From: Patescibacteria group bacterium UBA4787
GTDB taxonomy: Bacteria > Patescibacteriota > Patescibacteriia > UBA2591 > UBA4787
Assembly: GCA_002402995.1 (NCBI GenBank)
Contig: DHGX01000004.1
Coordinates: 312,019-360,099, forward strand
Reading direction: 5' to 3'
Length of the DNA: 48,081 bases
The notes under the pieces are model-generated. The model ran no database searches and had not been told where the DNA came from. It saw nothing but the letters and a program-made list of their open reading frames with translations. The first letter of the stretch is position 1. Each line of letters starts with the position of its first letter. Position numbers and translations under genes: made by a program. Positions 1-8,409 of the stretch are shown piece by piece.

Positions 1-1
1 G

Positions 2-127
2 AGGAATAAAATACTTGAAGAAGAAAAAAATATCGCCGAAGTCCATATCGCCAAACACCGCCACGGACCAGCCGGTTTAGCGGTAAAATTATACTTTGAT
101 GCAAATACCGCTAGTTTTAGAAATTTA
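2..127 (+). CDS. dnaB: Replicative DNA helicase DnaB, C-terminal end (5'-partial at window edge)
   Basis: Frame-2 translation RNKILEEEKNIAEVHIAKHRHGPAGLAVKLYFDANTASFRI* matches the DnaB C-terminal block (IAKxRxGPxG..KL.F......F). In-frame TAG at 125-127. The tail may be frameshifted (see findings). Confidence 0.6.
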
Positions 128-244
128 GGTCGAGAATATCTTGAAGCTCAACTACCGACCGAAGAACCTTTTTAAATATCCATTAAAAGCAAAGAGGATT
201 CCCGATCATGAAGTCTCTGAACTAACAAATTTTGATCAAATAAA

Positions 245-272
245 AACCCGCTTTCGTTTTTGAAAGCGGGTT
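245..272 (-). terminator. Hairpin terminator downstream of the GC-rich ORF
   Basis: AACCCGCTTTC / GAAAGCGGGTT 11-bp stem with a 6-nt loop. On the minus strand it is followed by TTTTTATTTG and lies 8 nt after the TAA of ORF 281-631. Confidence 0.6.
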
Positions 273-280
273 AGTTGTTG

Positions 281-631
281 TTATCCCAGGCACAGCAGAG
301 ACGGCCGCAGCTGAAAAGCGCTGCCCTTGTACTGGATCACCTTCTGGCGCGCCAGTTTCCGCAACATGACTGCCACGTTCTTGATCTTGATCTCCATGTC
401 ACCGGCCCGACGCATGGCCTTGAAGGCCTGCTTGACCGTGAAGTTCCCACCCTGGGACAACACCACAAAGTTCAGCAGATCGCCAGGCACACCCAGTATC
501 TCGGCGGTCACTGGTTCCGGATTGACCAGGGCCCGGTTCTTTTTGATGTCTTTGTAGATCGTGGCCCGGTAGACTGCGAACAGGACGGCGGCGGCGAAAG
601 CCGCGGCGACGATGGTCAGGATGGTGTTCAT
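281..631 (-). CDS. Hypothetical small membrane-anchored protein, GC-rich foreign-looking composition
   Basis: 116-aa ORF starting at ATG, with GGAGGA 6 nt upstream and a terminator 8 nt downstream. N-terminal hydrophobic helix ILTIVAAAFAAAVLFAVY. GC3-rich codons (ATC, CTG, GTC, AAG, GCC) unlike the neighbours. My hand count of 301-600 gives 176 G+C out of 300. Confidence 0.6.
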   Translation of the reverse strand: MNTILTIVAAAFAAAVLFAVYRATIYKDIKKNRALVNPEPVTAEILGVPGDLLNFVVLSQGGNFTVKQAFKAMRRAGDMEIKIKNVAVMLRKLARQKVIQYKGSAFQLRPSLLCLG

Positions 632-686
632 TTTTAGTCCTCCAAATTAGAGGTTTTTGGATATTTAATGAACTTCTTATATATAA

Positions 687-715
687 ATGGTAGCATAAAA
701 TTGAATTTTTGTCAA
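687..715 (-). promoter_or_regulatory. Sigma70-like promoter for ORF 281-631
   Basis: The minus strand reads TTGACA-N17-TACCAT (TTGACAAAAATTCAATTTTATGCTACCAT), 55 nt upstream of the ATG. Confidence 0.4.
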
Positions 716-726
716 CCCCCCCCCCC
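716..726. repeat. Homopolymeric C11 (G11 on minus strand) tract
   Basis: Eleven consecutive C at 716-726, directly abutting the -35 TTGACA of the minus-strand promoter, in otherwise AT-rich intergenic DNA. Confidence 0.95.
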
Positions 727-870
727 GTTAGAAATTTAGAGCAAATATACTTAGAATATCAACAATGACTTCCGCCAACTGGCGGAGCGGATAACGGATG
801 CTTTATTTATTTAATGAACTCGTTTATAATGTTATTGTCTAAATTTATATTTGTTAATTACTTTATTCTA

Positions 871-1479
871 ATGTATCCTCGCGAGATAAAAGACCTCATA
901 GACGAGTTATCTACTTGGTCAAGCGTCGGACCAAAAAGCGCAGAGCGTTATGTTTTAGATTTACTCAAAAAATCTTCTGAAGAAATCAACGTTTTGATAG
1001 AAAAAATTAAAAAAATAAAAAATATTATTTCCTGCCAAGAATGTGGCAATCTTTCTGAAAAAAATATCTGTGATATTTGTGCCAACCCAAAAAGAAATAA
1101 AAATATCATATGCGCGGTCGGAGATCAGCAAACTCTTAATGCTTTGGAAAAAACCGGTGAATTTAACGGTCTTTATTTTGTTTTAGGCGGGGTTATCGAT
1201 ACGGTTAACGGCATTGGACCGGACAATCTAAAAATTAAAGAATTAATCGCGCGCCTTAAAAAAGAAAAAGATAAAATCAACGAAATTCTTTTAGCCTTTG
1301 ATCCTGACTTAAACGGCGAAACCACCGTCCTTTATCTTATAAAATTAATCAAAGAAAACAAAGATTTACAGAAAATTAAAGTTTCGCGCTTAGCACGAGG
1401 ATTGCCAATGGGTAGCGATATTGATTATGCTGACGAAATTACCCTGGGCAATGCCATAAAAGAAAGAAAAGAAATTTAA
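871..1479 (+). CDS. recR: Recombination protein RecR
   Basis: Contains the helix-hairpin-helix region VGPKSAERY, zinc finger CQECGNLSEKNICDIC, a Toprim-like ICAVGDQQTLNALEKTGEFNGLYFVLGG, and the C-terminal RLARGLPMGSDIDYADEITL. I place the start at ATG 871 (MYPREIKDLI) rather than the track start at 814. Confidence 0.9.
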   Translation: MYPREIKDLIDELSTWSSVGPKSAERYVLDLLKKSSEEINVLIEKIKKIKNIISCQECGNLSEKNICDICANPKRNKNIICAVGDQQTLNALEKTGEFNGLYFVLGGVIDTVNGIGPDNLKIKELIARLKKEKDKINEILLAFDPDLNGETTVLYLIKLIKENKDLQKIKVSRLARGLPMGSDIDYADEITLGNAIKERKEI

Positions 1480-1483
1480 AAAA

Positions 1484-1506
1484 AGCCTCCTTTATTTAAG
1501 GAGGCT
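1484..1506. terminator. Bidirectional hairpin between convergent recR and the GH2 gene
   Basis: AGCCTCC-TTTATTTAA-GGAGGCT, with an A-run upstream and T-containing sequence downstream. Confidence 0.5.
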
Positions 1507-1524
1507 CTATTGTTTATCGCAATT

Positions 1525-3456
1525 TTAATGTTCCATCTTGAACAGTTCCCTCAATTGCCGATAGGCGATTTTGGGTTCTAGCTCGTAGTCGATAATAGAC
1601 CACGAAATGCTCGGGCAGATATCATTCAGCTGCCAAAGAATAAACCCGCTGGCTTGAGGAGAATTCCTTAGCCAAACATCGATAGCAGTTATCAGAGCCT
1701 TGGCTTGCAGGGTCTGACTCAAAAGAATCCAATCGCCCAACCATTTCGGAATCTTGCCGAAATAACTCCGGAAATACCAGTAAAAAATTAATTTGCCGTA
1801 TTTTTGCTTTTCGTATTGCCAGAAATGTCTATCGTTATAGAAAATCGAGTTGAACTTCGGCGATTTTTCAAATACCCTCCAAGAAGGAAAGGATTGCCAG
1901 CCGAATTCGCTGACGAAACCAAATTTCCTCTTGAGATAAGATTCGAATTTCCATCCGAAACTCCACTGGCCCCAAAGATGAATATCACCCTTCGCCGGAT
2001 TGCCGGTAAACGGGAAGATGCCACTTAAAGGCGTGGTTGGCACATAGGGAACGTATGGTAAAACCTGATGCAAAAGATTGGGCAGAAAATGATAGAAATA
2101 TTCTTTAAGACCGATTCTTTCCTTGAGTATCATTAAGTGCGCCATTTCGCATTCATTATTCCCACACCAAATAACAATCGAAGGATGATTGACCAACCGC
2201 CGGACCACTTGTTCGGCTTCTCTTTCGATCTCTGCCACGAAGTCGGACTGATTCGGATAATGGCCGCAAGCGAACATGAAATCTTGCCAAACCATTAAAC
2301 CGAGCTCGTCGCATGTTCGATAAAAATCGTCTTCTTCGTAGATTCCCCCACCCCAGACACGAACAAGATTGAATCCCGCTTTTTTAGCCATTTCCAGCAA
2401 CTTCAAATTTTTGTCTTTTCTGTCAGTCAGAAAAATGTCAGCTGGAACAAAATTCGCTCCTTTGATAAAAACGAATTTGCCGTTGACTAAAAAATGAAAG
2501 TCCTCGCCCTCTCCTCGCACTAATCGAACCGTTCGCACGCCAAAATTATAGGCAGAGAGATACGATTTGCCATCATGGTCAATCAACTCAATCCGGAGAT
2601 GGTAAAGATGCGGACCGCCAAGATCGTGCGGCCACCAAAGTTTAACCTTATCAAGCGTCATTAGATGATGACAAACATTTTCGGGAACCCCCTCCTGATA
2701 AGACCACTTGCGACAAAGATTGCCCTTCTGGTCAACCACAGCATAAATAATCTTTTTGATCTGTTGATGATTTTCCAAAAAGATATCAATCGCAACCACT
2801 GCCTTGTTGCCGATAATTTCTTGCGTATTGACAACAACACCTCTAACGCGCGATTGCCCCTTGGAACGAATCTTTAAATAGCAAGATTGCCAAATTCCGC
2901 AACCTGGCAAGCTTAAACCAAAATCCCAACCGAAAGAACACTGCATCTTGCGCAGATAAATCCGATCAGAATAATAGTCTGCTGGCAATCTGCCATTTTC
3001 TTTTCTTGCTTTTTCAGTCCATTTCAGCGCAGATTTAAAATGAACAATCAGCGTGTTGTTGCCTTCTGCAAGCAGATTGTCAACGCGGAAGCTATGACTG
3101 ATAAACATATTCTTGGTCGAACCGACCAAACAACCGTTTAGCCAAATGTCCGTCACTGTATCAAGTCCTTCAAAAGATAATTCGTAGTCATCGCCCTTTT
3201 TAAGAGTATCAATGGCGAACGAGCATCCGTAAAGCCAATCACTTTTGTCAACCCAAGACAAGTCTTGTCCTAAATTCCACCGCGGATCACTGATTAATCT
3301 GTTCGCCATCAAGTCCAGATAAATATTACCCGGCACTATGGCCTTCGTCCAGCTATCAACCAAAAGAAGATTTGAATTTTTAAAATTTTCTTTTGGTTCG
3401 GCTCGGCGGAAAAACCAAGGCAAAGCGCTTAAATCGATTTTATGTTCTGACATCAA
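1525..3456 (-). CDS. Glycoside hydrolase family 2, beta-mannosidase-like
   Basis: 643 aa with GH2 hallmarks: WGGGIYEEDDFYRTCDELGLMVWQDFMFAC, NHPSIVIWCGNNECE (acid/base Glu) and FVSEFGWQSFPS (nucleophile Glu). Confidence 0.8.
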   Translation of the reverse strand: MMSEHKIDLSALPWFFRRAEPKENFKNSNLLLVDSWTKAIVPGNIYLDLMANRLISDPRWNLGQDLSWVDKSDWLYGCSFAIDTLKKGDDYELSFEGLDTVTDIWLNGCLVGSTKNMFISHSFRVDNLLAEGNNTLIVHFKSALKWTEKARKENGRLPADYYSDRIYLRKMQCSFGWDFGLSLPGCGIWQSCYLKIRSKGQSRVRGVVVNTQEIIGNKAVVAIDIFLENHQQIKKIIYAVVDQKGNLCRKWSYQEGVPENVCHHLMTLDKVKLWWPHDLGGPHLYHLRIELIDHDGKSYLSAYNFGVRTVRLVRGEGEDFHFLVNGKFVFIKGANFVPADIFLTDRKDKNLKLLEMAKKAGFNLVRVWGGGIYEEDDFYRTCDELGLMVWQDFMFACGHYPNQSDFVAEIEREAEQVVRRLVNHPSIVIWCGNNECEMAHLMILKERIGLKEYFYHFLPNLLHQVLPYVPYVPTTPLSGIFPFTGNPAKGDIHLWGQWSFGWKFESYLKRKFGFVSEFGWQSFPSWRVFEKSPKFNSIFYNDRHFWQYEKQKYGKLIFYWYFRSYFGKIPKWLGDWILLSQTLQAKALITAIDVWLRNSPQASGFILWQLNDICPSISWSIIDYELEPKIAYRQLRELFKMEH

Positions 3457-3545
3457 AATCCCTCCTTTTTTAAAGATCTGTTTTAATATTATTTTATCTT
3501 AAAAATTTAAAATAAGAAGTGGGCGAATGGCGAAAATCTTAAATC

Positions 3546-4325
3546 TTATTTTTGGGTTAAAATCTCACTACCTCGTTTTGTGACCAAAACCGTATGCTCA
3601 AAATGAGCAGATAGAGACCCATCAGCAGTAACAATTGTCCACCTGTTAGCCAATTCTTTCACATCAGAACCTCCTGCGTTAACCATGGGCTCAATGGCCA
3701 AAATCATCCCTGATTCTAAAATCGGTCCCGTATCTTTAACGCCATAATTAAAAACAACCGGCGGTTCATGAAGCTTTCTGCCAACGCCATGACCAGTTAA
3801 ATCTCTAACCACACTAAAACCATTTTGTTCCGCATAATTCTGTATCTCTTCTGAAATATCTCCTAAATGGATTCCGTCTTTTATCTTTTTAATTCCTCGC
3901 ATCAACGCCTCTTCGGTAATTTTAATTAATTTTTTAGCTTCGGGAAATATTTTTCCTACTCCCACAGTCTTAGACATGTCTGAATAAAAACCTTTGTATT
4001 TAATCCCGCAATCAAGTCCGACAATATCGCCGGGTCTTAAAATTTTTGTTTTGGAAGGAATGGCATGCACAACTTCATTATTAACCGAGGCACACAAAAC
4101 CGCCGGGTAACCAATTTGATTTGATCCTGACGAAGTATCTGGCAAATAACCAAAAAAAGCGCTTTCCACTTTATACTCTTTTATTAGTTGACGGGCTAAT
4201 ATTTCTAAATCAAAAGTTGAAATACCCGACACTACTTCTTCAATAAGCTGATCAATTATTTTAGCTAAAATCAATCCGCCTTCGCGCATTATTTTTATTT
4301 CTTCGTTGGTTTTGATAGGAATCAT
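3546..4325 (-). CDS. map: Methionine aminopeptidase type I
   Basis: 259 aa with metal-ligand context DIVGLDCG, HGVGRKLHEPP, LAIEPM and FEHTVLVT. Confidence 0.95.
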   Translation of the reverse strand: MIPIKTNEEIKIMREGGLILAKIIDQLIEEVVSGISTFDLEILARQLIKEYKVESAFFGYLPDTSSGSNQIGYPAVLCASVNNEVVHAIPSKTKILRPGDIVGLDCGIKYKGFYSDMSKTVGVGKIFPEAKKLIKITEEALMRGIKKIKDGIHLGDISEEIQNYAEQNGFSVVRDLTGHGVGRKLHEPPVVFNYGVKDTGPILESGMILAIEPMVNAGGSDVKELANRWTIVTADGSLSAHFEHTVLVTKRGSEILTQK

Positions 4326-4390
4326 GTCGATAATTAAAATATTATCATTCTATTCTAATGCTTTTTATAAAATACGTAAATCTATTAAAA

Positions 4391-4411
4391 AATCCGATGA
4401 TCAATCGGATT
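4391..4411 (-). terminator. Hairpin terminator between adk and map
   Basis: AATCCGAT-GATCA-ATCGGATT. On the minus strand it is followed by TTTTTTAATAG. Confidence 0.5.
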
Positions 4412-4482
4412 ATAAAAAATCGTTTTTATTATCAAGTAAGCGAGAGAAAGACAAGCACTGATATCAAAAAGTTTAATACCTT

Positions 4483-5160
4483 TTATTTCACTTTTTCAAG
4501 TAGTTTATCTATGATCTCCTTATAAACATAGTCGATTGACTGATCGCCGTCAATATCAATTAATTTTCCTTTCTGCCGATAATAATCAATGGTGGGTTCG
4601 GCTGTCTCGTAATAAACTCTTAATCTGTTCTTAACTGCCTCTGGTTTATCGTCTTCTCTTTGAACCAAACGAATCGCGCAAATATCGCAAATACCGTTTT
4701 GTTTCGACGGCTTCAAAGTAAGATGATAGCTACTACTGCATTGCGGACACACTAAACGCCCAGAAAGTCGCTCAAAGATTTTGTCTTCGGGCACATTAAG
4801 ATTAATCAACCAATCAATCCCGATCTCTTGATCAGCGAATTCTGCCTGACCCAATGTTCGCGGATAACCCTCAGAAACAAAACCTATCTGTTCGCGAGTC
4901 AGCTCGGAAATTTTTTCTTTCATAACCTGGTTAGTAATTTCGTTGGGTGCGAATTCCCCCCTGTCAATCATCGGCCCGACTATTTTACCCCAAGGCGTCT
5001 CGCGAAACGCCGGATCACGATAAACATTGCCTGGCGAAGGAATTAAAACCGAACCGAATTCTTTTTGTATCCTTTCAACTTGAGTTCCCTTGCCTGAACC
5101 CGGACGACCAATAAAAACCATTCGCCAACTTTTAACTTTTTGTTTTTCTGTGTCGGTCAT
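4483..5160 (-). CDS. adk: Adenylate kinase (zinc-lid type)
   Basis: P-loop GRPGSGKGTQ and a lid with CPQC...CDIC. AGGAG lies 8 nt upstream of ATG 5160, which supports the 13-aa N-terminal extension. Confidence 0.9.
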   Translation of the reverse strand: MTDTEKQKVKSWRMVFIGRPGSGKGTQVERIQKEFGSVLIPSPGNVYRDPAFRETPWGKIVGPMIDRGEFAPNEITNQVMKEKISELTREQIGFVSEGYPRTLGQAEFADQEIGIDWLINLNVPEDKIFERLSGRLVCPQCSSSYHLTLKPSKQNGICDICAIRLVQREDDKPEAVKNRLRVYYETAEPTIDYYRQKGKLIDIDGDQSIDYVYKEIIDKLLEKVK

Positions 5161-5195
5161 TTTTACTACTCCTAATATTTTAATTATAAAAAATA

Positions 5196-6467
5196 TTAAC
5201 CGCTATATTCGTGCATACTAATTTGCGCCTGAATCTGAGCTACCGTCTCCAAAACCACGCTTACCACAATCAGAAGACCTGCGCCGCCAACCGCCAAAGA
5301 AGCACCCTGCACAAAACCCTGAGTTATCAATGGCAAAATGGCGATAATACCCAATGACATAGCTCCAGCCAACATAATTCTTGTGCTTGTGGAATTTAAA
5401 AATTTAGCGGTTGCCTCTCCCGGCCTAGTGCCAGGAATAAAACCACCCTGCTTCTGAAGATTTTCTGCAATTTGTTGCGGATGAAAAACAACGCTCGTAT
5501 AAAAATATGTGAAAGCTACAACTAAAACGAAATAAATAATGCCATAAATAAGCTGATTCGCAAAAATTGATGTCATAATTTTTCCTGCTGATAATAAAAA
5601 TGGTGTATTGGCTCTCAATAAAAATTGTCCCAACATTGAAGGAATCAAAACGAGAGAAACGGCGAAAATAATCGGAATCATTCCAGCTTGATTTACCTTC
5701 AAAGGCAAATAAGTATCCATACCACCATACATGCGATTACCACGGATGCGGCGCGCATAAGAAACCGGTATATTTCTTTGCCCTTCTGTTAACATGACTA
5801 CGCCGGCGATTGTGATGACGCCGAGAATAATCAAAATTAAAACATTAATTAATTGCGTGGCAGTAAAAGTAACAATTAATCTTTGCAAACTAACGGGGAG
5901 TTGTTCAACAATACCGGCGAAGATAATCAAGGATACACCGTTTCCAACTTTCTTTTCGGAAACTAATTCGCCCAGCCACATTAAAAATAAAGTGCCGGCC
6001 GTCATAACCATCATAGTCGTGATTAAAACGGTTAAATTACTTACGATAAGAACCGGCGGCGTGGAGCGGGAAAAAATCATAATCATGGTGTAAGCCTGGA
6101 GCAAGGCCAGAGGAACAGTGATAATTCTTGAATATTGATTAATTTTTCGATGTCCGGCGCTTCCTTCTTTAGATAAAGCCTCTAGACCGGGAACAATCAT
6201 AGTCAAAAGCTGCATAATAATAGAGGCGGTAATGTACGGGCCCACACCCAGAGCGACTAAAGAAAAATTGGCCATTGCTCCGCCGGACAGAACGTTCAAC
6301 ATTCCAAGAATCTGATTTTTTTCAAATATATCCTTGAGGCTGGCGACATTAACACCCGGCAGAGGAATATGGGCAGCGATTCTAAAAATAACCAACATTG
6401 CCAAAACATAGAGAATGCTATTCCGGAGGCTCTTCATGTGCCAAATTCCTCTTATCCTGTTCCACAT
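5196..6467 (-). CDS. secY: Preprotein translocase subunit SecY
   Basis: 423-aa polytopic membrane protein in the canonical rplO-secY-adk position. An alternative start at ATG 6437 (MKSLRNSI) has an AGAGGA upstream. Confidence 0.95.
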   Translation of the reverse strand: MWNRIRGIWHMKSLRNSILYVLAMLVIFRIAAHIPLPGVNVASLKDIFEKNQILGMLNVLSGGAMANFSLVALGVGPYITASIIMQLLTMIVPGLEALSKEGSAGHRKINQYSRIITVPLALLQAYTMIMIFSRSTPPVLIVSNLTVLITTMMVMTAGTLFLMWLGELVSEKKVGNGVSLIIFAGIVEQLPVSLQRLIVTFTATQLINVLILIILGVITIAGVVMLTEGQRNIPVSYARRIRGNRMYGGMDTYLPLKVNQAGMIPIIFAVSLVLIPSMLGQFLLRANTPFLLSAGKIMTSIFANQLIYGIIYFVLVVAFTYFYTSVVFHPQQIAENLQKQGGFIPGTRPGEATAKFLNSTSTRIMLAGAMSLGIIAILPLITQGFVQGASLAVGGAGLLIVVSVVLETVAQIQAQISMHEYSG

Positions 6468-6480
6468 AATAAAAATTTAT

Positions 6481-6924
6481 TTATCTAATTTTAATTTCAC
6501 CGCCGCAATCCTCAATCGCTTTTTGAGCGGTTTTTGAAATATTCTTAATATCAATAATCAATTTCTTGGTCAGCTTGCCTTCGCCTAAAATTTTAATGAA
6601 ATTATCATTTCTCTTTATTAATTTTTTCTCTTGCAAAGCTTGCAAATTGACGATTTCTCCGTCGTTAAAATTTTTATCTAATAAAGATATATTGATAGGT
6701 TTAAATATAGGATTCAAACTCTTAAAACCGCCTATCTTGGGAAAATGTTTTATATTAGATTTCAAGCCCTTCATCTCTAAACCCTTTCTGCCGCCACTAC
6801 GGGCTCTTTGCCCCTTTTGCCCACGACCAGAAAAAGTTCCATGTCCGGAGGCATTACCGCGACCCACGCGTTTAATATGTTTTTTCTTTGTTCTAGCCGT
6901 TAATGTATGTAGAGATAAAATCAT
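6481..6924 (-). CDS. rplO: 50S ribosomal protein L15
   Basis: N-terminal GRGNASGHGTFSGRGQKGQRARSGG, and operon position. Confidence 0.9.
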   Translation of the reverse strand: MILSLHTLTARTKKKHIKRVGRGNASGHGTFSGRGQKGQRARSGGRKGLEMKGLKSNIKHFPKIGGFKSLNPIFKPINISLLDKNFNDGEIVNLQALQEKKLIKRNDNFIKILGEGKLTKKLIIDIKNISKTAQKAIEDCGGEIKIR

Positions 6925-6929
6925 AACTA

Positions 6930-7421
6930 TTAATTATTTTTTACTGCGGGTGTTTTTAATTTAATTAACGCATTTATTGTAGCTCGGGCATTATTTATTT
7001 TGTTACTGGAACCTATCATTTTGGCAGTCGCATTTTTAACACCAGCCAACCCCAAAACCGCACGAGGCGCACCACCGGCCACAACCCCCTTGCCCTTGCC
7101 GGCTGGTCTTATCAAAATTTCGGCTGATTTATATTTTTCTTTAATCCAGTGAGGAATGGTTTCATTTACTAAATCTATTTTTATTAAAGACTTTTTAGCT
7201 TGGCGAACCGCCTTATTAATAGCATCTGAAACATCTGAGCCTTTGGCGATCCCTACTCCTACCGATCCCTTACGATCACCGATAACTATACAGGCCCTAA
7301 ATCTCATTCTTTTACCGCCGGAAACCACGCGAGTGACACGAGCCAAATCTAAAAGTTTTTGCTCGTATTCAACCTCTGTTCGTAATTCATTTAAATTTCT
7401 TCTTTCTCTTTTTTTTGCCAT
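6930..7421 (-). CDS. rpsE: 30S ribosomal protein S5
   Basis: RVTRVVSGGKRMRFRACIVIGD and GSVGVGIAKG motifs, and operon position. Confidence 0.9.
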   Translation of the reverse strand: MAKKRERRNLNELRTEVEYEQKLLDLARVTRVVSGGKRMRFRACIVIGDRKGSVGVGIAKGSDVSDAINKAVRQAKKSLIKIDLVNETIPHWIKEKYKSAEILIRPAGKGKGVVAGGAPRAVLGLAGVKNATAKMIGSSNKINNARATINALIKLKTPAVKNN

Positions 7422-7446
7422 ATTTCAAAATAAAATTAATATTTTT

Positions 7447-7803
7447 CTAAAATTCCAACCCACCCTCTCTGACTCCATCGGCGAAAGATTTTATTCGACC
7501 GTGATATTTTCTGCCGCCACGATCAAAACGCACAATTCTAATATCTTTTTTCAAAGCTTCTTCGACCAATAATTTCCCCGCTTCTTTAGCTTCCTCGGCT
7601 TTTACAATATTTTTTTTATTAATTTTTCTACTATCAACACTGACTAGAGTATGGCCTTTTTGATCGTCGATAATTTGCGCATAAATATACTTGTTGCTAC
7701 GATAAACACTTAAGCGCGGTATCTCTAAATTCGAACCGATCTGAAATTTGACTCTCGTTTTTCTTTTTAAAAATTTATTTTGTTTTATCTGTTCTTTGTT
7801 CAT
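7447..7803 (-). CDS. rplR: 50S ribosomal protein L18
   Basis: RLSVYRSNKYIYAQIIDD and FDRGGRKYHGRIKSFADGVREGGLEF. Confidence 0.9.
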   Translation of the reverse strand: MNKEQIKQNKFLKRKTRVKFQIGSNLEIPRLSVYRSNKYIYAQIIDDQKGHTLVSVDSRKINKKNIVKAEEAKEAGKLLVEEALKKDIRIVRFDRGGRKYHGRIKSFADGVREGGLEF

Positions 7804-7836
7804 AAAATATTCTCATGTTTTCTAAGTTTGCCTAGA

Positions 7837-8385
7837 TTAAGAAGTGGTTGCAGCTGCTCGCTTGCCTGGTTTAATATGAATTACTTCATCGGCATATTTA
7901 ATGCCCGTACCTTTATATGGTTCGGGTTTTTTAATTCTTCTTATTTTAGCTGCTACTTCGCCTACTAATTGTTTGTCGATGCCCGTGATTGTTAAAATAT
8001 TTTTATCAACAGCCGCAATAACGCCAGCGGGCAAAATAAACTCTACTAGATGGGAAAAACCAACGGTAAGAGTAATCTTATTGCCATTTAATGTCGCGCG
8101 GTAACCAACGCCGACTAATTCTAGTTTTTTCTCAAAACCAACAGTTACGCCGGTAATCATATTCATAATAAGCCTGGCAAAAGTCCCCCATAAAGATTTT
8201 TGTAATTTATCATTTTTGTTATCGACGTCTACTACGACACTATTATCTATTAAACTAATTTTAACTAAAGGATGGATTTGTTGTTTTAATTCTCCTTTTT
8301 TACCTTTTATAATAATAAAATCTTGGTCGATTTTAGTCTCAACTCCGGATGGCATACTGATGGGTTTTTTTCCTAAACGCGACAT
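7837..8385 (-). CDS. rplF: 50S ribosomal protein L6
   Basis: MSRLGKKPI start (ATG 8385; the track ORF extends to 8397) and C-terminal EPYKGTGIKY. Confidence 0.9.
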   Translation of the reverse strand: MSRLGKKPISMPSGVETKIDQDFIIIKGKKGELKQQIHPLVKISLIDNSVVVDVDNKNDKLQKSLWGTFARLIMNMITGVTVGFEKKLELVGVGYRATLNGNKITLTVGFSHLVEFILPAGVIAAVDKNILTITGIDKQLVGEVAAKIRRIKKPEPYKGTGIKYADEVIHIKPGKRAAATTS

Positions 8386-8409
8386 ATAATTAATCAATTA
8401 ATTTATTTA

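Noticed and set aside
275-637. 120-aa and 76-aa plus-strand ORFs overlapping the GC-rich ORF 281-631
   Set aside because: Long open frames on all strands are expected in 59% G+C sequence. The 120-aa frame starts at a TTG inside the terminator hairpin with no SD. The minus-strand frame has the promoter, SD and terminator.
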